NCBI GenBank assembly: GCA_001643675.2
Contig: LSRY02000016.1
Span: 248,001 to 312,000 of the forward strand
Direction of reading: 5' to 3'
Length of the DNA: 64,000 nucleotides
Source of the DNA: Monocercomonoides exilis PA203
Lineage: Eukaryota; Protista; Preaxostyla
The notes under the pieces are model-generated. The model saw only the letters and a list, made by a program, of their open reading frames with translations. It did no database searches and was not told the DNA's origin. How positions within the stretch are numbered: the first letter of the stretch is position 1; the number at the start of each line of letters is the position of its first letter. The position numbers and the translations under genes were made by a program. Positions 37,691-50,818 of this stretch are shown here, one piece after another.

Positions 37691-39923
37691 ATGCTTGCAT
37701 CAGGATACGCTTCAGATTTAAGCATACAAAGTGCACGCATTTCATCAAATAAAGTAGATGATTCTAATGTTAATAAATGGGTAATTCCTGAGGAATATTA
37801 TCGGCTTCTGGAGGAGTCAACAGAATATTCTTTTAATTCGGTTCATTATCGATGTCCAATGTATATTGGAGGTATTATTTTTTTTGAAACATATATAACT
37901 GGAAAAAAATTGTCGACTTATTATCTTTGTTAGGTCGAGATCTTGAAGGAAGAAGAATAGTTGTTATCATTCCAGCATATTTAAAAAAAGACATTGATAA
38001 AGAAACGCTAATAAGATATTGGATTAACAAAATTGATCCAATAGTTTGATATTTTCTCTTATTTTTATTCATTTATTCAATTGTTTTGAACTGAATCGAA
38101 GAAATTTGAGGAATATATTGTTGTGATAAACTGTACCAATGTGGTTGACAATGGAGATATTCCTATCGGGTGGAATTATTCTCTTTACAAAGTTTTGCCG
38201 TATGCGGTATGAAAGAACCGATTTTTTTTTTCTGGAATAAAGAATAAAAATTCACATAAATCTTTAGTACAAAAAGAATTTGAAGCGATTATTAATTGTG
38301 AAACCCACAAAAACAATACGTGCTGCTTTGAAAATGGCGCGATCGTTTGTCAGCGGAAAGTTTTTCCAGAAAGTTGAAATGCTGAATAAAACTGAAGAAC
38401 TAGATGCATTTGCGCATCCAGAGCAAATTCAACTACCCGCAATGTATCATCGCCCTTCTTTGGAGTTACGTTCTTTGCCAACATTTACAGGCATTCCACT
38501 TGACATGGCGCTCACACTTGAACTTTCAACTATTTTTATATCTGGAGCAGCGCGCCCGATTCCTCCTCATACTTTTATTCCTTTATTTATTTTGAACGTG
38601 ATATCCACTTTAATAAGGACAAACAGTTTGCAGTTTTTCATTTTTTTTTAAAAAAAGTTTGACATGACAACATCCATTTCCACACATGTTTTGTTTTCTT
38701 CAATTATTTGCACTTTAAATTGAATGATTTTTTATTCATACAAAAACACATATCAGCTCTGGCACAAAAAATGATATTTACGCTAGATCCAAATGAAGTC
38801 ATCTTTTCGTCGATGTGCAATGACCTCAATTATGGTGTGTAAATTTAATTTGAGTTAACAACAGACTGTTGAATACTTTTTATCTTCTTGTCTTTTCAGA
38901 TCCTTTCCACATAATTGTTGATGACACACCTGGAGAAGTGTTAATATCTCTTCTAAAATGGTATTTGCGGAGGATTCGCAATGGCCTCATAACATCTGCT
39001 ATTGTCGAGCGCTTACAAAAGGAGTGGGCTTACCCAGCTGATGGTGTGACATAATATATCTCAATATTCTCTTATTGATTGCCTCGCGCGCATTATTTAT
39101 GTTTGACGACAATTTTATTTTCTGTTTTCTAGAAAGCGAAGAATCTGTTAATGCATCAGCTGCATCTGCAATTAACATCCTCCTTTCGCTGCCTCGCGAG
39201 AATCGGGCGACGTTCCTTCTGCTGTTGGATCTGATGCGCGAGGTGTCCATCGCCCACAAAGAGCAGACCAACATGTCTCCTCTGCAGATCGCTGCTGTCT
39301 TCACACCTTATCTCCATCCCACTGAGCCTCTTTCCGCACCTCAATTTCTTGTCGCCTTCATCGAATTCATGATCGTGCATCTGGACACAGTTCACCCTCG
39401 CATCCTTTCTGAAAGCCTGAAGGAAGGCAACCCTTACGGAGCATTCCCACAGCGCCTCTTGCTCTCTGACCTGCCTGTTCTCCATGCCATGCTCAACAAG
39501 CTTATCCGCCACACGCAGTCTCCCCCAAACAAAAACCCGTTCATGAGCAGGCCTCTCACAGCTGCTGACCCAACGCGCTTCCACCAGGTGTACATCTTCA
39601 CTGCAGACGAGGTGAGGAGGCAGAGCATAACACCATCGATTCTGCTGATTACGAAGCTGAACAGAGATTTCAGGAGAGCAGGCACTGCTGCCAAGCAGAG
39701 CGTGAAAGTGGAACCTCCGCTGCCTCCGCCATCACAGCCGGGGCTGTCTTTCACTGATGATTTTCCTTCTTCGTCTTCTTCTGCTTCTGCTTCTTCCTCT
39801 TCCTCATCGTCTTCTTCTTCGTCTTCCTCAGCAATCTCATCAAGTGAATCTGTTTCAACCTTCTCGTCTTCTGCTTCTCCTTTAAGCGAACCAGATATTT
39901 CTGAGCATTCTGGAAGAGAATAA
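37691..39923 (+). CDS. BCH (CRAL-TRIO-like) + RhoGAP-domain protein, ARHGAP1/p50RhoGAP-like
   Basis: GRDLEGRRIVVII, YKKNLKRLLIVKPTKTIRAALKMARSFVSGKFFQKV (BCH); FTGIPL, LISLLKWYLRRI, LLSLPRENRATFLLLLDLMREV, TNMSPLQIAAVF (RhoGAP fold); GT-AG introns. Confidence 0.8.
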
Positions 39924-41121
39924 TTTTGTGATGTTAGATTATGTCAAGAATATTACAAGAAGTTTCAAAACTTTGTCATAATTATTTATCCACTTCTTCA
40001 TTTCGCTTCTTGATTTTTCTTCATAACATTTTTCGTGGTTCAGATATTCATTTTTCCTTGAACAATCATTGAAATGGCTTTTGTACAGCTTTTCTTGTTT
40101 CGTTTCTATTGATGCTATTGTATGTATATATTACATGTCATTTCGCTCTTCTGACAAATCTTTTTTATCTTGGGTTAAAGCAACTTCAACCAATATTTAG
40201 ACTTCACCTTCGCCATTCATTTCATCATAACCAAAATGCTAAAAATGACTTCTCCATTAGCAACTTTTTCTTTTCTTTTCTTTTCTTTTTTACTGATGAT
40301 ATTTTATAAAGAGATTCATTGTGCATTTAAAAAAAAAACGTTAATGTTCAAAAAGCATTTTATTTTATCAATTTTTATGTCTGTTTAATACTTTTAAAAA
40401 GATATTAACACTGACGATGCAAAATACAAAACTGAGTATGAAAATGAAAGGATTGAAAACTTCTAAAAAATTATAAAAGAAAAAAAGAAATATACAAATT
40501 AATAAAAAGGAATAAAAAGAAATAAAAAAAAAAGGAAAGAAAAAAGAAATAAAAAGCTTTAATTGTAATGAAAAGATGTTAATTAATAAATGTTTAAAGA
40601 GAGACAACGGAATTGGAAGATAAGCAGCAGATATACTTTTGGCCGAATCGCATTTGGCAAGTATAAAAAAGAACAATATTGTTAGTATTGCAAACGAAAA
40701 CTCCTCCAAGTAGAATTTAGTGTAAAGTCATAAACATAAATTGTTACATAGAACTGTTAATAAAAATGTTATTTTTTTTTTTTTTGAATACAGAGAGAAT
40801 ATAAAGAAAAGGCAAGAAGTTTATCTAATTACGATTAAGAAGATAACAAACTGAAGATTAAAAAATAATAAACCAGAATATCTCAATCAAATACGAAAAA
40901 CGGCCAAAAAGAAGAAAATATAAAGAAAATACATAACAAATCGCAAAAATAACCTGATAAAGAAAGAAAGAAAGAAAGAAAACCAACTTTCATACAAATA
41001 ATCAAGAGATTGAAATGGAGGCAAACAGATGCCATATAAAAACCAATTGGTTATTAAACAAAGTCATCATCTAACTTTTTTCGTGAGGAAGCAGAAAAGA
41101 AAGGAACGGGAAAAAAGGAAA

Positions 41122-41181
41122 TAGAGAAAAAGAAAAGAGAAAAAGAAAAGAGAAAAAGAAAAGAGAAAAAGAAAAGAGAAA
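41122..41181 (+). repeat. Purine-only tandem repeat (GAGAAAAAGAAAA)n
   Basis: About four 13-nt units seen directly. Confidence 0.7.
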
Positions 41182-41431
41182 ATATCAAGTTCAAAAAAAA
41201 GGTATCAAAATGGATAGTTTCATCAGGAAATGAAAGAATAATGCAAAAAAAGAAGAAGAGATCCACATAATGAATTGTTACAATGATATGCATAAAAGTG
41301 CTACAAAACAGTTGCAACACAAAAATACATGTTTTCTCATTGCAATTAAAAAATAACAAAAGTTTACATCAAAATAAAAAATAAACATACGTTGCTACAT
41401 TAAAAAAATCCAGTAAGATAAATAAACAAGT

Positions 41432-43091
41432 CTACAGAATAACACAGCACAGAAAACCTTTCTGGTGTTGGTGTTGAGAATAAGAAGGGGAGTGTGCTTC
41501 AGCAGGCGAATCAGCATAGTCAGATGCATCATTCGCATGGAGCGCTGACGATGTGGACTGTGCTTGGGGATAGCCTGCTGAAGGCCTGGGAGAAGCTAAA
41601 GATACAAATGAAGAGGAAGAGGAAGAAGAAGAAGATGATGATGATGATGAAGCAGAAGTAGATGAAGAAGAGGAAGAGGAAGAAGAGGAAGAGGAGGAAG
41701 GTGCGTGTGGCGTAGTGGGAGTGGAAGGATATGCCTGCATCGACGCATCCAGTGGGTTGAGTGTCTGCTGGTTGATCTTCGCTGACACGCCGCTCTGCTG
41801 CGATAGAAGAGAGGCAGAAAGAGGCGTCGACGAAGACGAAGACATCACCGTCGCATATGTCTGCAGATCTGTCTGCGATGCCTCGTGTCCATCGCGTCCA
41901 TCGTGCCCATCGCTAGCCCCTTTCCACAGCTCCTTCTGTGTGTCGTTGTCTGCCCCTGTCCTTCCCGGCAGCTCTTCTGTGTCAAACAGCTGCTTCGCCT
42001 GGAGCGAGTAGATCACCTCTGCCTCGCTCAGGCTGAGCACATCGCCCCGCCCGCTGAACGGGTCGTGCGAGTTGAGCGAGTCGAAGTGGAGGATGTCTCT
42101 GTTTGTGTGCGAGAGAACGCTGTCAATCGACGGCGAGCAGCATCCAGGCAGCATCTGCATGTCGATGTTGAGCCCTTCTCTCCTGCCTTCGTTGTCATAC
42201 GGGAGAGAATAGAGGGATGAGTATGTCTGACACTTGTGTGACTGACTGGATGTTGGCTGGATGACGGAGGAGCAGTGGAGCATCGAGCTTGTCTCGTTGG
42301 AGGTGCTGTGTGGAGAAGGAGATACAATCGAGATCTGATGAGAAGGAGGAGACATCATCGGCGAGCGCTGGGAAGAAGACGGGCAGTTGGACTCCTCACC
42401 TGCTGAGAAGGTTGTCAGCACTCCGACTGACTGGAAGGAGGCTGGGGACATGATGCGCATAGATGGCCCAATCTCAGAGTTCTGCGGAGAGAAGAGGAGA
42501 GAGGGCGCGAGGGACGGGCAGTTCGGCATGATAGAGCCAGCAGAGACTACAGCAGAGGCGCCCACGACGTTGTCGGGAGAGGCACAGAGTGAAGGCAGGA
42601 TGGGGCTGTGGATGGAGGAGAGCGGGGAGATTGGAGGGAGAGGAGAGAGGGAAGTGTGGCGGGTGCTCTGATAGTTGGAGAAGGAGGAAGGAGACTGCAG
42701 ATGAGGGTAGAGAGATGACTGGAGAGTGGCGTGCTGGTGGAGCTGCTGGGGCTGCTGTGTCTTCTGCTGCGAAGTGTTACTGCTGCTGCCGATGCTGTTG
42801 ATGTTTGTGGTACTTCCGTTAAGTGACGGAGGCAGTGAATAAGGATAGAAGGAGAGCGAGCGGTGGCCCTGGAGAGCCTTTGGCTGGATGGGTTGAGGAG
42901 AAGTGGTGGTGCTGGGTGAGGTGGGGAGGTGGCCGAGGGTGCTGGAAGAGAGGTAGTGTGAGGAGCTAAGCTGAGAAGGATTGGATGTGGAAGACAGCTG
43001 AGAGGCAGGGAGTGAAGAGGAAAAGGTATTTTCTGAGGCAAGGGAAGAAGAAGAGGAGGAGGAAGAAGAGGAAGAGGATGATAATAATAGC

Positions 43092-43127
<36 letters not shown>

Positions 43128-46100
43128 GACGATGAAGAGGATGACGATGCCAAGCCAGGATTAGCATTAGCGCTAGCACTGAGTTTTTGACTCGAAGAGG
43201 AGACGGCCGAGTGAGACGGCTGCTGGAGAGAGGAGAAAGAGGAAGAGAATGCAGGTGAGAGAGGCAGATCGCCCTGTCTGGAGGCGTCGTCGTGTGTGTG
43301 CACACCGCTGGAGTCTGATTCTTCCTTGATCGGCTGCATCATCGGCGCCTTGGTCTCAGCTGGTGTCCACAAAGGAGTTCGTATTGGATGATGCACGGCA
43401 GGTGTGTTGAACTGGGGAAGTGATTGCTGATCGTCTTCGAAGTCGGAGGAGGAGTCGCTGAAGCTGGAGGAGGCAGAGATGACAGACTGAGGGGGCATAA
43501 GGGAGTTGATGACGGGTGACATGTGAGGAGGGAGCGGGAGTGGTTTGGATTGGAGATAGGAAGGAGAGGAAGAGGAGGAGGAAGAGGAGGATGAGGATGA
43601 TGAAGAAGATGAAGAGGAGGAGGAAGAGGATGAAGAAGAAATGGATGATGACGAAGATGAAGAGAATGCATGCATATACGAAGAAGAAGAGTAAGGGGAA
43701 AGAGGAGAGAGAGGGATGACAGGAGAAGGAGAGCAGGGATCCGGAGGTGTTGAAGTGGATGTCTTGTAGTTGTAAGGGAGGATTTTTGTCTTGGTGACTT
43801 GGTGAGGTGGCTGGAAGAGGCTGATCTCAGACGGCATGCTGTTCCTCCTGGCCTGCGTGTCAAACACAGGCGTCGTCGGCTGGTTGGTGCTTCTGTCGGT
43901 GTCGAGGTATGTCAGAGACTTCACGTCCTTCTCGACGGGAGGGAAGCTGTGGCCGTTTGGGAGGGCTGAGTCCTTGGTGGGTGTGCTGGCGAAGAAAGGG
44001 CAGAAAGGAGGAGGAGAAGTGGGAGTGACAAAGGCAGGCGACATGGCAGGGGAGAAGGTTTGCAGATAGGACACATCTGTCTCTTTCCCTTTGGAGATGT
44101 CAATCGCATCGCTGGGCTTCTTAGGCGGTGTTGTCTGATGTGTGGAGGAGACTAAGTGTGGCTGTTGGGTGCCAACAGGAGGAGTAGAAGAAGAAGAAGA
44201 AGATGATGAAGAGGATGATGACGAAGAAGGGTTGGAAGAAGACGATGTGGAATAAGTTCTTGAGAGCGATGTCGAAAAAGGGAGGGAAGGCGACTGCGAG
44301 CGATGGCCAGACACAATCTGCTGATGTTGCTGTTGTTGTTGTTGTTGGCGATATGGCTGCAGAGGAGGCGGTGGAGAAAGCACACGTGGCGGCGAGAGAG
44401 ACGAGAAGAAAGGGCCTTCCTTTGCAGACGGCAGCACCAGCGCTCCTTTGGGCAGTCTGGTGTTGTTGGCTGTTGTGTTTGTGGCTGTGTTGGCAGCTGT
44501 GTTTGGGTTGGTGTTGAGGATGTCAGGTGTCATCAGCACTTGCTGTGTGTCGTTGGCTACAGGCTGAAATGACAGACGCCGCACATTCTGCTCATTGGGC
44601 TGTTTCTTCTCGAAGTCTGAGTTCTGATCACGTTGCTGCAGTTGTTGCTGTTGTTGCTGTTGCATCTGTATCTGTTGCATCTGTTGTTGTTGTTGTTGCT
44701 GCTGCTGATAATTCACCTGGCCCCGCATGCTCCGCTGGATCTGTTGGTTCTGCCGGTCTGTCGATTCGTCTGGTGGGATGTCCAACTCTGCCCTTTTCCC
44801 TTCCTCTTCGTTGGAGATCACGTCGTTCAGCCGCTGGTGGATGTGCTTGTTGATCTCTTCTGCGCCTCTCTTCTTCAGAATCTCCAGCTGCCTCTCGTGT
44901 GCCTTCGCTTTCGCCCTCTCTCGCTCCATCTCTGCCTCCAGCTCCCTCATCTTCTGCTTGAACCTTTCCCTGCTCACTCGCTCTTTCTCCGCCTCGTCGA
45001 TTTCTTCCCACTCAAACGGTCCGCTCACGTCGCACTTCTGCGTCAGCGCGTGCCGCCGGATGTTTTCGCGCATCGAGTCGTATGGAATGGGCTCTCCGTC
45101 ACGCAGTGCAAAGATCTGCCTCAGGAGAAGATGCAGAAGCACCGAAAACGAAGGCGGCACCCGGTTGCAGATCGCAAAGGTGGGGAGATACTGCTGCTTC
45201 AGGGCAAATACCTCATCCTTTATTTTAAAAATTGTTGCATTTACGTTTTAGTGGAAATGGAATTCATTGAATATGTTGAGAAAAAATTACAAATGATAAA
45301 ATCCAAAGCAAAAAAAGAGTTTAAAAGACACTAAAAAAAGTTACATCACACTTTATCAGTTACATTTGTCCAAGGAAATTTACCTGCTAATAGCTCGATC
45401 ATCATTAAGATTAATGAAAGAACATCATCTGCTGGGCCAAGCTCCTTTCCAAGATGAGCATTTACAGAAGCATATCGAGTCGTTCCTCGAAAAGGGCATC
45501 CGTACATTAACTATTGAATAAATATAATTGGAAAATTGTGTACAAATGAACCACAAATTATTGAATGAACAAAATTTTATTTTCTGAAGCATACAGGAAG
45601 CGGAACGCCATTTTCCATTCTGATCTTTTTTGCTAGACCCAAATCAATCAAATATAATGTTCCTCGCATATTTCTTTTTCTTCCAATAACGAAATTTCCC
45701 TTCAATAAAAGTCAAACAATAAAATAAAAAAATAACATTGAATTAGCCAAGAAAAAAAAAACTCTTCATACAGGTTTTATATCTCTATGAACATAGCCTG
45801 CTTTATGCATGGATTCAAGAGCGCTTAACCCCTGCATTCCTATTTTCAAGCAAGTTTGCAGTGTAAATCGATAAGGTGGCTTTGCGTTCACCAACTCTCT
45901 TTTGGGTAAATAAAAAATACAAAAGGATATATTTTGAATTTTTTAAAATTGTCAATAACAAATCGCAAACAAAAGACTTGGCCCCAAAAGTTCCATTGAT
46001 AAAAATTTATAATTTTTGTGACTTCCATATCCATAGTACTTTGCGAAATGAGGTTGATCTAAAAAATGTATTAAAAAAGAAATTGAAAACATAATTCTGC

Positions 46101-46518
46101 TTAAACTCACTTTCAAATAAAAACCTTGCAATTCTTTCAATACATATGCTTCTGTAGCTAAAAGTATTCTCTGATCATGGACTTCTTCAAATTTCAATGC
46201 GACTTGCTTTTGGGATGTTGGTGAAGAAAATTGCGCTTCAAAAATCTCTCCAAATGATCCAGCACCAATTCGACGCACCAAAGTATACTGGGATTTAATT
46301 ACTTCGCCAATTTGTAATTGCAAAGAAACTGGCTGAAGGGCCATTTGTTCCTTGGATACACCAACTCCAACCGCCTTTTTGTTAAAATCTATTGTTATGG
46401 TTATAAAATCATTAACCATATATAGGGCTGGATCACGGCTCTTTGTGGTTATTCTTTTCTGCTTTCTGCTCCGTCTTGACTGACTAATCTCGTCTAGGTC
46501 TGCATGAATGTTACACAT
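41432..46518 (-). CDS. Casein kinase 1 / tau-tubulin kinase family Ser/Thr kinase with ~1,200-aa disordered tail ending in CCVIL
   Basis: IGAGSFGEIF, VALKFE, SMELLGPS, GYVHRDIKPGNF, LYLIDLGLAKK, FRGTTRYASVNAHLGKELGPADD across short exons; large last exon ~45220-41432. Start is either ATG 46518 or ATG 46344. Confidence 0.9.
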
Positions 46519-46574
46519 ACAATTTTTGCTGTTCGATTAATTATATTTTTAACTGTTTATTAAATGCAGAAAAC

Positions 46575-48085
46575 ATGAGCTTTACAAATTCAACGCGTAG
46601 TCCTGTTTCCTCTTCTGAACGTCCTCAGAATCCTCCATCTAAAGTTGTTCATTTTCGTAATGTTAGCTCTGATATCACGCAGGTTTGAAGATCTTTCGTA
46701 ATTCTTTTTACTCAACAATAAATATTTTGAAATGTTTTTAGTCCGATCTTACTGAGCTCTGCTCAAAGTATGGTGCTGTTACTGCTGTTCTTATGCTTAA
46801 AGCAAAGAATCAAGCACTCGTCCAATTTCAAGATTTAGCTGGAGCTGTTAACTTTATCACTGCGTGCTCAAAATTCGCTCCTTCAATCAGGTATCTTTTT
46901 TTTTTATTTATATAAACATCTCACAAACCCATCGTTGATAAAAATAGAACTGTGCCAGTTTATCCACAATATTCAAACCACAGTGAAATACAAACACCTG
47001 CTCCAACTCCAGGATCGGAGAATTCACGAATCCTTTTATGTACCATTCAAAATCCATACTATTCAATTACTGTTGATGTTCTCAACACCATCTTCTCCCC
47101 ATATGAAACTCAGCATACAACCGTTGAAAAAGTTGTTATCTTTCAAAAAACTGCTGGTCTTCAAGCTCTCGTTCAGTTTAGCAACCCAGAATCCGCAATG
47201 AAAGCAAAAACTTTATTAGATGGAAAGAATATTTACAGCAATTGCTGCACCCTCCAAATTCAATTTAGTAACTTATCTGATCTGACAATTAAAGAGAATT
47301 CTGAAAAATCTCGTGATTTTACCAATCCATCATTGCCAGAAAGAGGAAGCACGGGTGATGGGTTGCTCGGAATTGAGGGCACAGACGGAAGAACAAGAGG
47401 AGTTATGGGATTAATGGGTCCAGCTGCGTTTGGTCGCAGTGGTATGGGTGGAATGGGTGGAATGGGAGGTATGGGAAGTGGAGTTCCTTCAACAAGCGAG
47501 AGATGCGTTCTTCTTGTGTCTGGCTTTCCATCAGACCGTGTGGGATGCGAACAATTGTTTAACTTATTTAGCAATTATGGAACAATTATTCGTATTAAGA
47601 TTTTGTTTTCAAAGGCAAACATGGCACTTGTGCAATTTGCGGAAGGTGGACAGGCAACACAGGCCCTGAACTTTTTGCGTAATGTGCGTATGTTCGGATC
47701 AACTTTGGAAATCAATTATTCCAAATTCCCGTCCATTACTGAACCATCTCGTCCCTCTTCAGATGGAAAGACCGTTACATATGAAGGATCTCACCAAAAC
47801 CGCTACCAACGTTATGGACAGGCAAATCTGAGGAACATGACAGCACCAACGGACGTGTTACATATAAGTGGACTTGCAACAGGAACAACGGAAGAAGATT
47901 TGGTTCAACATCTTCAAAGAGTGTCACCTGTTGTTGGAGCAAAAATATTTGAGCATTCTGATAAACTGATGGCATTGGTGCAATTTGACTCGGAAGAAAG
48001 TTCAATTAATGCAATGTGCATGCTTCACAACACAATATTGAATGGAAAACATATCCGTCTTTCGTTCACACGCAGCCGCATTTAA
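46575..48085 (+). CDS. Polypyrimidine-tract-binding protein / hnRNP L-like protein, 4 RRMs
   Basis: PSKVVHFRNV, KNQALVQF, VYPQYSNHSEI, YSITVDVLNTIFSPY, GLQALVQF, LDGKNIYSNCCTLQIQFS, LFNLFSNYGTIIRIKIL, PTDVLHISGL, IRLSFTRSRI; two short 5' introns. Confidence 0.92.
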
Positions 48086-48971
48086 GTTCGTTAAAGCAAA
48101 GTCCACTCTCCGATGGGAGAAGAGAATACAAAAGATAAAAAGGAGGGAAAAAATGAAGGAGAATGATACTTGATAGAATGGGGAAAAGTGATTACTGAAT
48201 TTTCTTTCTTTTTATCTTTGGATTTGATTATGTTTTGCAATGTATTCTATTTGTTGCTTTCATTTTTGAAACCTTTCCACTAGTTGCTATTTCAGTTGTT
48301 TTGCCACTTTGTTTTCTTTTAAATATTCGTCACTTTCACAGTGCTTTCTTCTGCTTATTCATAAAACTGCTTATATCATGTAGAATTAAGTTCGATTTCT
48401 TTTATTATGTTGTTATTACCAAATTTTTTCATCAAAAATAATTGTTATTCGAAAAAGAATAATTCAAATTCAAAAGACACAAAATTTTTCGCTAACAAAT
48501 TAATAATCATTCAAATTTTGCCTGAAAGGCATTTTATATGAATTGTATTTTTTATTTCAATAAAAACCACCATTTTTTGCTGAATATCATTTTCTTTAAA
48601 AGAAAGAAAGAAGAAAAGAAGAGAAAAGAGAAAAACGTGTTCTATTTCAGAAACTTGAGAAATCATTTTGATGTGATTCTCAAAACTGACTACAAACAAA
48701 AAAGCGCTTTTTGAAAATGCAAAACCAGATAAAAAAAAAATCATTCAGCCGTCGTCCTCAAAGATTCAGCGATGTGGATGGTCGACGGGCGATAAATGAA
48801 AAATTCAACCAGAAAAAACAAATCAAAATAAAGGTAAATAAAGTTTCCTCTTCCCTTTATAAGAAGAGTGCATCAACAAGCCATCTGGAAAATACAATCT
48901 GCTTCATTCTCAAATATCTCAAAAATAATAAAGCATTTCAAATCAAATCAAATAAATATGTATTTTTGAGC

Positions 48972-50310
48972 TTACAAATATATAAAATATTTTGATGCAT
49001 TTTGACCTATCATGGGCATAATACACATGAACGCATATTTCTTCATTCCATGATAGCTTGTGATGGCATCTTCGTATCCTTCTTCTTCCAGCCAATCATA
49101 CAATTTCCTTTTTATCATCTCTCTTTTCACTTCGAGTCTGATATCATACCTCATTCTTTTCAAACTACTGAAAAGTTCGCAAACAACTTCTAAACAATTT
49201 TCTATAGCATCACGTTTTAATGTCCATTGAAATAGTTCTTCCATAATGTAATCAAAAGCACCTCCATTCAGAAGGCCATCAATTCTTAAATAAAAAGTAT
49301 GTGCAATTTGAGTTAAAGGAACAAAACTAATGTTAAATAGTCTCGGTTCATTTTCTCCTGCGACTTTGCAAATCCCGATAAGGCTGTGAACAAGTTCTTG
49401 GTCCTCTTTCCAAAAATCACAAAGTGATAAATAGTCTCTCGCTTCCTCAATCCATTTAAAGATTAAACGAACTTTGAACGCTTCTTCTCTACTTCTTTCT
49501 TCTTCTTTCTTCTTCCAATCCACTTCTTTTGTCAGCACTTCCAATTCTCTAGCTATTTCGCTTGCAATATTAAGCTCATTTGCTACTGCTTCTTTAAATT
49601 TTCGATCTAGATTTAATCTTTCTAATAAGAAATTCCAAGCAGAATGGTAGGCTACATGCGTCAGATTTCTATGCTCCCCATGATATTGTATAATTTCTAT
49701 CATCTCATTCAGGAATAACCCTTTTTCTACTGTCTATCATTAATAAATCCAAAAATCAATGAACATAAAATAATAACAAAATCATTTATACAGCGTATTT
49801 TCCTATGTTACTCAAAGCAAATAATGCTATTTCTACTTCCATTTGAGTCATCTCGTTTTTTTCTTTCTTCAGCGCAACTTTCAAAACGTAACGCACGCAA
49901 ATCGGTACCAATTCCGATGAACTGAAATAATCATCCAGTATTAGATAGCATATGCAAAGATCAACAAGAAGCTTTTCATCCTTTTCAAATTTCTTCTTAT
50001 CTTCTTCAATTATCATCTTCTCAAATTTTTGCTTCAAGTAAGAATTGCATATTCTCGTCTTGAACATGGATTTCTTCGTTTCGTAACATTCAATATGCTT
50101 CAGCAACATAATCACAGTTTCCGTTGTCATTTTCTTCTCTTCAAACATTTTGTTGATTTTGCCTAAATTTTTATTCCAAAGCATTTGAATCAATTCATCT
50201 TCATTCATTTCTTCCATTATTTCATTTATTTCTTTAATTTTCTGTTTCTTTTCACTCTCATCGCAATCTTCTGGTTCAGAAAACAATTCTGAAAAGATAT
50301 GAATAAACAT
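48972..50310 (-). CDS. Lineage-specific alpha-helical (ARM-like) hypothetical protein, probable multicopy family, 2+ exons
   Basis: ORFs 49786-50358 and 48972-49703 join through a short GT-AG intron. Motifs FSELFSE, FEKMIIEEDKK, LLVDLCICY, EVEIALFALSNI, HRNLTHVAYHSAW, LEEEGYED resemble an expanded Monocercomonoides family (from memory). 5' end uncertain. Confidence 0.65.
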
Positions 50311-50818
50311 ATATTTTCTGAAAAGAAAAAAATTAAAGCAAACTTGAAAACTTTTCAATATATGTTATTATATGAGTTTTATCATTTATTGCACTCATTT
50401 TATTCATTATATATTCTACACTCATGAAAACACAACGATTCATCAAGCAAACAAGATTATTGACAAATACAAACATCTTTATATATCAAGCAAGAGTATT
50501 GAGAGAAAAATAACAAATTAATATGCTTTGTTTGATAAATATATGCAGTCCAAGAAAAAATAAAGATAAAACCGCTCTATAGGTTTTGCCTAAAAGATCA
50601 AGCAAATCTTTTTTTCTCGTAGTGATCAATACCATTTTATGAAATTTATTGTGATAAAAAATCCACAATTAAGGATGATGTTTTCGTTTTTGGAATTTTA
50701 TTCCATACAATGTATTCAAATATTTTTCTCAATTTTAGCCCGGGTAATTGACTGTCCTGGATTGAAAAAAAGGATATTCGATTAATTTGATGGGAAACAA
50801 TCATGGAAGAAAATTAGG

